Of a stretch of DNA of 55,208 bases, positions 49,599 to 55,208 are shown piece after piece. Position 1 is the first letter of the stretch. Each line of letters begins with the position of its first letter. The notes under the pieces were generated by a model. The model saw only the letters and a list, made by a program, of their open reading frames with translations. It was not told the DNA's origin and did no database searches. Made by a program: the position numbers and the translations under genes. Origin of the DNA: a virus. The stretch is taken from IMG/VR virus record IMGVR_UViG_3300012944_000007; one strand, written 5' to 3'.

Positions 49599-51278
49599 TT
49601 ATACCTGCTCTCTAACCGGCGTCTCTTCCGGTTGCGCTGGGAATCCCAAGGGTTTGGTCGGCGGCGCCGGCTCCACCCACAACCCCGCTTCCTGGAGGCG
49701 TTGCTTCTCGATCTGCCGCTGGTCGATCACGTCGTTGTAGTCCAGGCCTTGCTCGGCGCACTCAGCTTCGAGTGTGGAAATGCCGCTCGACATGCGGACT
49801 TGGGCGGCCTCAGCTTCCTTCACCGGGTCGATCCATCCCCGGCCTGGTCCGATCCATTTGGCGCGCGTGTACAGGGTCCGCTGGTTGTAGAAGTCGGGCG
49901 CGTCGATGAGGCCCTCGTTGACGGCTTCCTCGAACCACAATTCGTACAATGGCTGCGCCCAGTAGGTGCACAGCCAGGACCGCCGGGTGGTGAAATAGCG
50001 CCAGGATTCGAGCAACGCCGCGCGGGCACTCGAATAGTTGGTCTTCGAGTAATCCTTCATCAGCTGCTCGTACGGCAGGCCCATGCTGACGCCGATCTGG
50101 CGCATGACGAATTCCGAGAACTGCGCGAACTGAGGCGCGGGCCGCGCAGGCATGAAGGGCGTCATCTTGTCGCCGGGATACAGCGGAATGAAGGTGCCGG
50201 CTTCCAGCTGGATGCGGTACTCGTTCTTGGCGGCCAGGTAGCCGTTGGCATCCCCGCCCACCATCTCGGCCAGCGTGCCGGGGTCGAGCGGGGTTTCAAT
50301 CACGCCCGCCACCAGGGCGTTCACAATCGCCGATTGCAGCTCCGCGCGCATGTAGGAGTCGAGCATGCGGAACTGCTCGATCACCGGAGCCAGGATTGGC
50401 TTGCCGCGCGTCTGGTCCACGCGGTCCTGGGTGTAGACGTGCAGCACGCGCTTGCGGCCCCATTCGGTGGCCGCCGGGATGCGTTCCCACTCGCCGCCGA
50501 TACCGCCGATGGCGGGAAAGAACATGGCGGGCCAGTTGGAAATCTTGCGGACGTGGTAGGCCAGCGGACGGCCGTAATCGTTGGTCTCCACGCCGCCGCG
50601 TAGGGTCAGCGTGGGTGTCATGTTCCCCGGATTAGAGAGCCGGTCGGTATCGACCAGCTGCACGCAGGTCTTGAATTTCGCGTCGGCCCGCGCCATCCAC
50701 AAGGCCAGCGCCAGAGCTTCCCCGTTCTGCAACACCGACCGGAAGACCAGGGTAGTCAACCCGGTAAAGGTGAGCTTGTTCGCAACATCGAAAGCCGTGG
50801 TATCCGCCACGCTTTTCCAGAGGCTTTCCACACTCCTGCCCCAGCTTTCGGCCCACTGTGGGTCGCGGCCCAAAGCCCGGTAGTCGGGCCAGCAGGACAG
50901 ACGGAGATTGGCGCCGACCACGTTATCCACGGTGGTCTGGATCGCGCCTGCGGCGATGCCGGTGTTGCGGTCGAGATCGCGCGACCGGGCCACCAGCGTG
51001 CCCATGTCGCCCAACAGTTCGGCGTCGGCTGAGGCGCGCGTGGGAAACCAGTTGGACATCTGCTTGCGAATCCAGGACGCGCCGGTATAGGGCGTGTCGC
51101 GGCCGCCCAGTGCGCCGTAGCCGGTGCCCGCCCCGTAGTTGGAACCGCCGTCCGGCGACTGCGCCTGGAATTGGGCCGCGCTCCGGTCGCCGCCGAAGAG
51201 ACGCTTCAATAGCCCCGGCTTGCGGATCGCGGGGACCGTGGTGGAGCTCGTCGGGTTGGATTCGGGCGTCGCTGTCAT
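49599..51278 (-). CDS. Portal protein, lambda gpB family
   Basis: 559 aa. ATG at 51278 forms ATGA with the gpW stop. The order terL-W-portal is lambda-like. Confidence 0.8.
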   Translation of the reverse strand: MTATPESNPTSSTTVPAIRKPGLLKRLFGGDRSAAQFQAQSPDGGSNYGAGTGYGALGGRDTPYTGASWIRKQMSNWFPTRASADAELLGDMGTLVARSRDLDRNTGIAAGAIQTTVDNVVGANLRLSCWPDYRALGRDPQWAESWGRSVESLWKSVADTTAFDVANKLTFTGLTTLVFRSVLQNGEALALALWMARADAKFKTCVQLVDTDRLSNPGNMTPTLTLRGGVETNDYGRPLAYHVRKISNWPAMFFPAIGGIGGEWERIPAATEWGRKRVLHVYTQDRVDQTRGKPILAPVIEQFRMLDSYMRAELQSAIVNALVAGVIETPLDPGTLAEMVGGDANGYLAAKNEYRIQLEAGTFIPLYPGDKMTPFMPARPAPQFAQFSEFVMRQIGVSMGLPYEQLMKDYSKTNYSSARAALLESWRYFTTRRSWLCTYWAQPLYELWFEEAVNEGLIDAPDFYNQRTLYTRAKWIGPGRGWIDPVKEAEAAQVRMSSGISTLEAECAEQGLDYNDVIDQRQIEKQRLQEAGLWVEPAPPTKPLGFPAQPEETPVREQV

Positions 51279-51589
51279 GGCCAAGCCAGGAAACTAATCG
51301 GGATGCGCCGGTTGGTGTTGCCGCTGCCGTCACCGCTGGCGACCACCCCGCTCAGGTAATCAATCAGCCGCTGCAAATCGGCGGTGTTGGTGGCGTTGAA
51401 GGTCACCCGGCCCAGCTGCGGGGTTTCGACGCCGCTCGGCAGCTGCCCGGTGACCAGGTTGAACATCGCCTGCTGCGCCTGCTCCAGCATAGTGGCGGCA
51501 GTCGCCGGATCGGTCACCTTGGGCAGCTTGAAGCGGACGTTCGCGGCCATCGGCTTGGGTTGGAAGGGAAGCCTGCCGTTCGGTGTCAT
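51275..51589 (-). CDS. gpW-like head-tail joining protein
   Basis: ...LEQAQQAMFNLVTGQLPSGVETPQLGRVTFNATNTADLQRLIDYLS parallels lambda W (LAAARAALHDLMTGKRV...[21 protein letters not shown]). The ATG forms ATGA with the TerL stop. Confidence 0.7.
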   Translation of the reverse strand: MTPNGRLPFQPKPMAANVRFKLPKVTDPATAATMLEQAQQAMFNLVTGQLPSGVETPQLGRVTFNATNTADLQRLIDYLSGVVASGDGSGNTNRRIPISFLAWP

Positions 51590-53520
51590 TCCAGAAATCC
51601 TTCGTTGGCTCTGAGCGGGCGAAACTGCGGAATCGGGGACTGCACGCCTTTGGCGACGCTGCCGCCGATGGCCCTGCCGCCGCGCAGCGCGGTCTCGATG
51701 TCGTTCCACCGCTTCGGCTGCCACGTCTCCATGCGCAGAGTGGCGGCTGCGGCTCGCGCATAGATCCTGACGTCCAGCGCTTCGTTGCGGTCGCGCCGCT
51801 TTTCCCAACGGCTGGTGGTGCGGCCCGCCAGCGTGCGCGTAATCAGCTGCTCGCCGCACAGCTGCTCGAAAAACTCCTTAGAGTAGGACGGGAAGTGGCA
51901 ATAGCCCGCTGGCCACTCTTCGCCGGCCGCGAGGTCTGGGGCCGACAGTTTCAGGCAGCGGTACAGTTCTTCCTTGCCGATAGAGGAATTGACCGGCCAC
52001 AGGCGCACGCCGCCTCGAATCAGGCGTCCGGCCGGGCCGCGTTCGATCAGGTTCGGAGAGCCGACCAATGCGGGCACGTGGCTCTCGCCTTTGACCGCCA
52101 TCACGCGCTGCGCGAGCATCGTGCGCACCCACTCATACACCCGCATGGTGTTGAAACCGGAATCGACGGCTAGTTTCTGAATTCGCAGCGCGCCGCCGTA
52201 GAAGGTGGGGAACTCTTCGTCCATCAGCCGGGCCAGCTGCTCCCACACCTGGGGCTGGTTGCTGTTGCCTTCGAGCACGCGATAGTCGACACTCCAGGAA
52301 ATGCGGTCGCGGCCCCAGGCCACGATCTCGACCTCGATGCGGTTGAGCTGCACGTCGGCGCCTGCGGTCAGCACCAGCCCGCCCTCGGGCACTTCGCCGA
52401 TCACGTAGGATTCCCTGCGCTCGTAGAGCCGGTCCACGTCCGGCACTTCGCCCTGGTCCGCCCACGGCAGGCCGAGCACGGTGTTGTAGAACGCCTGCAA
52501 CTTCTCGGGAGACGCCGTGCTCTTGTCGTGGTTGCGCATGATCTGCGTCCAGGACAGCCAGCCCACCGGCGAGTAATAGCTGGACAAGTGGTAGCCGCGC
52601 GTCACGCCGTCGCCCGCGGCGGTCGCGCGCCATTCGCCCAACTCCAGCATCCCCGTTTTCTCGTGATCGAAGATCTCGCCCTCGCACTCCTGACACCGGT
52701 AGCTGGCCTGATGCTTCAGGGTGGGCGACCAGCCCAGCTGCTCGGGCAGTAAGGTGATCAAAACGCCGCAGCGCGGGCAGGGCACGAAATAGAAATTCTG
52801 GTCGCTCTGCTCGAAGAAGGTGCAGATGCGGCTGCGGCCCGCAATCGTGGGCGTCGAGGTGATGAAAATCTTCTTGCGCCGGAAGTTGCTGGTGCGCGCA
52901 ATCGCCAGATCGCAGGGCTCGCCCTCGCGGTCCACGTTGGGCGGATAGGCGTCCACCTCGTCCAGGAACAGATAGCGCGCGGCCATCGAACGCAGCTGCT
53001 TGGCACTGTTCGCGCCGGCCAGCACCAGGATGCCGCCCAGAAACTCTTTGGCCAGAATCGTGTTGCCCGAGTCGCGCGACCGCGCCGTCCGTACCAGGGT
53101 GCGCAGGACCGGCGAGTCCTCGATCAGCGGACCAATGCGCTGTTTCGAGTTGCGCTTGGCCATCATCTCGGTCGGCTGCACCACCAGCATCGGGCCTGGC
53201 GCGAGATGGATCACGTACCCGATCCAGTTGTTGCCCGATTCCGTTGCGCCGACCTGCGACCCCTTCATGAACACCACCCGCTCCCACGGAGCCTCGGGCA
53301 TCAAGGAGTCCATGATGTCGCGCAGAAATGGAGTGCGCTCAGTGCGCCACATCCCGGGCTCCGGCGACGAGCGTGTCGTGAGAACCCGGTATTGGTCTGC
53401 CCACTCCGAGATGCGCAGCTTGGGGTCCGGCCGCGCCCCGGCACGGCAGGCCTGCCGGCTGACTTCGTAGGCGTCGGCCAGACCGGGCAGCGAAGCGTGC
53501 AGCGTCAGTGCGGGCGTCAT
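51586..53520 (-). CDS. terL: Terminase large subunit, lambda GpA family
   Basis: 644 aa starting from ATG 53520 (ATGA with the TerS stop). The N-terminal ...ISEWADQYRVL...WRTERTPFLRDIMD...VVFMKGSQVGATE... is GpA-like. Confidence 0.85.
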   Translation of the reverse strand: MTPALTLHASLPGLADAYEVSRQACRAGARPDPKLRISEWADQYRVLTTRSSPEPGMWRTERTPFLRDIMDSLMPEAPWERVVFMKGSQVGATESGNNWIGYVIHLAPGPMLVVQPTEMMAKRNSKQRIGPLIEDSPVLRTLVRTARSRDSGNTILAKEFLGGILVLAGANSAKQLRSMAARYLFLDEVDAYPPNVDREGEPCDLAIARTSNFRRKKIFITSTPTIAGRSRICTFFEQSDQNFYFVPCPRCGVLITLLPEQLGWSPTLKHQASYRCQECEGEIFDHEKTGMLELGEWRATAAGDGVTRGYHLSSYYSPVGWLSWTQIMRNHDKSTASPEKLQAFYNTVLGLPWADQGEVPDVDRLYERRESYVIGEVPEGGLVLTAGADVQLNRIEVEIVAWGRDRISWSVDYRVLEGNSNQPQVWEQLARLMDEEFPTFYGGALRIQKLAVDSGFNTMRVYEWVRTMLAQRVMAVKGESHVPALVGSPNLIERGPAGRLIRGGVRLWPVNSSIGKEELYRCLKLSAPDLAAGEEWPAGYCHFPSYSKEFFEQLCGEQLITRTLAGRTTSRWEKRRDRNEALDVRIYARAAAATLRMETWQPKRWNDIETALRGGRAIGGSVAKGVQSPIPQFRPLRANEGFLE

Positions 53521-54023
53521 GAGAGCCTGCCGTCGGCGAAGGCGTTGAACACGCTGTTCAGTTCGCTTTCGAGCAGCTGCTGGCACCGCTCCACTTGCGT
53601 CTCCCCGGCGATCAGCGCCGCGATCCGCGCCGGAATGTTGAAGCAAGCCTCACGCAGGATGCGGAACTCGGTGAAACGCGCGGTTTCTACATCCGCGGTT
53701 GGAGTCAGGTTCTTGGCGCGCTCCTCGTAACGCAGTTTCTTCAGCAGGGCTTCGTAAATCTGCGTCCCGGCCCGCGCCTTGGCATAGTCGGTGCTCTTGG
53801 TTTCAGGTCGCAGTGGAATGTCGGGCGACGGAATCTCGGCGAGGCTGCGGTTGTTGTGACCCTTCTCGTGGTGAGTGGTCTCGGCCCATTCCCTGACCGC
53901 TACGTCGAGATCGAACAGACCGTCTGCTCGAGTCGTCAGCCGGCCGCTTTGCGCGGCCAGGCGCACAGCTTTGCGGTCTCTTTTAAGGTGGCGCGCCAGC
54001 TCGAGTTCGGTGACCAGGGGCAT
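53517..54023 (-). CDS. terS: Terminase small subunit (Nu1-like HTH N-terminus)
   Basis: The position, plus ELARHLKRDRKAVRLAAQSG...DGLFDLDVAVREW and a helical C-terminal half. Confidence 0.65.
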   Translation of the reverse strand: MPLVTELELARHLKRDRKAVRLAAQSGRLTTRADGLFDLDVAVREWAETTHHEKGHNNRSLAEIPSPDIPLRPETKSTDYAKARAGTQIYEALLKKLRYEERAKNLTPTADVETARFTEFRILREACFNIPARIAALIAGETQVERCQQLLESELNSVFNAFADGRLS

Positions 54024-54098
54024 TGTGATTCCATCCCTCGGAGGTGCGGGATGTTATCACTTGCTTTCAAGGCCTAGTCCCGGCGACGGCCTGCGGCC

Positions 54099-54127
54099 AT
54101 TCTAAACCCGGAAGTCGCTCTTGTCAC
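54099..54127 (-). promoter_or_regulatory. Candidate late-operon promoter GTGACA-17-TAGAAT
   Basis: Sense reads cccGTGACAagagcgacttccgggttTAGAATggcc. It lies between a terminator and terS. Confidence 0.4.
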
Positions 54128-54140
54128 GGGAGATCCTGCG

Positions 54141-54187
54141 AAAAACAAACAAAGCCCACGCTCACCAGTTGGCAGGAAGCGCGGGCT
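54141..54187 (-). terminator. Intrinsic terminator after the small-membrane-protein cluster
   Basis: Sense reads agcccgcgct-15 nt loop-agcgtgggct followed by ttgtttgtttttcg. Confidence 0.65.
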
Positions 54188-54235
54188 GTTTAAGCATGGC
54201 AGAAAACAAAGTGTTACTCCGCGAGCATAGCACCG

Positions 54236-54376
54236 CTAGCCTGCCACGACCGTCGCCAGAGCCCACAGGCACAGGCCCGCGGCCACGAAATTACCGCGCG
54301 GCGGCTTGACTTCAGATGCGCCCAGAGCAAAGCAGAGCACCGCCAGAATCATGAGCAGGAGTTTGAGCTTAATCAT
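54236..54376 (-). CDS. 46-aa two-helix membrane peptide (MIKLKLLLMILAVLCFALGA...AAGLCLWALATVVAG), holin-like by position only
   Basis: Hand translation. AAGGAGG lies 4 nt upstream. The ATG forms ATGA with the upstream stop. Confidence 0.55.
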   Translation of the reverse strand: MIKLKLLLMILAVLCFALGASEVKPPRGNFVAAGLCLWALATVVAG

Positions 54377-54693
54377 CGGACCTCCTTGGCTGCGGCCACC
54401 TGTTCATGGAAGATGGTAATGCACGCCGGACACAGGTCGGCCGGGAGTTCGCGCACGAAATCGCGCTGGTGAACGGAGAACATCTCGGTGTCACAGTAGC
54501 TGTGCCAGCGGTCGTCGAATAGCTCCAAGTGCAGCACGCCTGCGACGCGCTTCACGCGCAATTCGATCTGACCGGCCAGCCACGTTTGCAGGAAGCGCCG
54601 CTGGTGCCGCAGCATCCCCGCGCGAGTGCGCTTGGCTTGGCAGGCGCGGCAGACATGGCGTTTCACCTCGATGCCGCACTCGGGGCAGATCAT
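54373..54693 (-). CDS. Zinc-ribbon protein (CPEC...CRAC...CPAC)
   Basis: ATG at 54693 forms ATGA with the upstream stop. Confidence 0.6.
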   Translation of the reverse strand: MICPECGIEVKRHVCRACQAKRTRAGMLRHQRRFLQTWLAGQIELRVKRVAGVLHLELFDDRWHSYCDTEMFSVHQRDFVRELPADLCPACITIFHEQVAAAKEVR

Positions 54694-54998
54694 AGCACCG
54701 CTCGGATCAGCAGGCCGGCCACGAATGCGGCGGCCACCAGCAGAAAACGCTCCATCAGGCCCATGCGGCTCAGGCGTTCCGTCCTCGGCACGGCCCGCAA
54801 CACTGCATCGGCCAGATGAAGTGCGCTCCGTATGGGCCGTGCCCGGACGATTGCTCTGGCTACGTTCCGCGCCCTCCTTTCTTCAGTGATTGGCATCGCA
54901 CCAGCATACCGCCGGGAGATCCTCACGGCAGCGGAAAGGGAGAGCCTAACTTTCAAATCGTGAAGTGGACGGCGAGTCGGTGAAGTGGACGGTAACAA
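54690..54998 (-). CDS. Hypothetical protein with a C-terminal transmembrane helix; start at TTG 54998 or ATG 54896
   Basis: The C-terminus is ERFLLVAAAFVAGLLIRAVL. No clear SD. Confidence 0.45.
   Translation of the reverse strand: MLPSTSPTRRPLHDLKVRLSLSAAVRISRRYAGAMPITEERRARNVARAIVRARPIRSALHLADAVLRAVPRTERLSRMGLMERFLLVAAAFVAGLLIRAVL
54960..54992. repeat. Two direct copies of GTGAAGTGGACGG spaced 20 bp apart
   Basis: Copies at 54960-54972 and 54980-54992. They lie at or upstream of the start of the 54690..54998 ORF. Confidence 0.7.
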
Positions 54999-55085
54999 CT
55001 CGACCCAGCATCGAGTTTTCGTCTTCTGGCATAGAAACCCCCGTGGCGGTACCGTTGGGGGGTACCACGTACCCCTGTACCACGT

Positions 55086-55208
55086 ACCGTTGGCCCACGG
55101 CTTAGGCTATGGCGTGGGGTTGGCTATGTCTATACCTGCCGCGCTTTCTGGCTCTGCCATCCGAACCATGTAAATCATTGTAGCATAAGGCTTTAGTAGG
55201 TGCAGCAC
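55086..55208. repeat. Second copy of the terminal repeat (identical to 1-123)
   Basis: Identical by direct reading. Confidence 0.95.

Overview
The contig closes on itself: bases 1-123 are identical to 55086-55208, leaving 55,085 bp of unique sequence. It reads as a complete, GC-rich, temperate tailed-phage genome. Nearly all genes are on the minus strand and are tightly packed, with many ATGA/GTGA stop-start overlaps.

Layout:
- 26.7-54.0 kb is a lambda-like morphogenesis arm. In transcription order it encodes a Nu1-like TerS, a GpA-type TerL, gpW, a lambda-family portal, an S49 protease/scaffold, gpD-like decoration and gpE-like capsid proteins, connector proteins, a tube protein, G/GT chaperones with a readable -1 frameshift site, a 1386-aa tape measure with an SLT domain, a fused hub/host-specificity giant, and fibres.
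- 1.3-25.9 kb is the early/lysogeny arm. It encodes an RHH regulator, a YqaJ exonuclease plus a RecT-like annealase, a large serine integrase preceded by an arm-type DNA-binding ORF, a VRR-NUC nuclease, a wHTH replication initiator with in-gene iterons, an HNH protein, a ParB-like nuclease, a MerR regulator, a Mom-like modification enzyme, DUF3768, an excisionase-type HTH and many tiny zinc-ribbon ORFs.
- An XRE-type repressor sits on the plus strand at 26.4 kb.

Most unusual observations:
1. A six-copy intergenic element that I do not recognise. It is a strictly 5-nt-phased (GGNNN)n array of 15-27 units, capped by a 21-bp conserved box containing the perfect palindrome GTGCCAATGGCAC. It is always oriented with the downstream gene, and it brackets lower-GC cargo genes and the only plus-strand gene in the tail module.
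2. Two duplicated promoter families whose -10 elements sit 6 nt before the start codon, which is the geometry of leaderless mRNAs.
3. An orphan DUF2384 antitoxin-type domain inside the fibre module.
4. A histone-H1-like KPAAAV-repeat protein next to a G4-prone repeat field.
5. No recognisable endolysin.

Limits: every functional call rests on motif recognition by eye and on synteny. No database search or computation was run.
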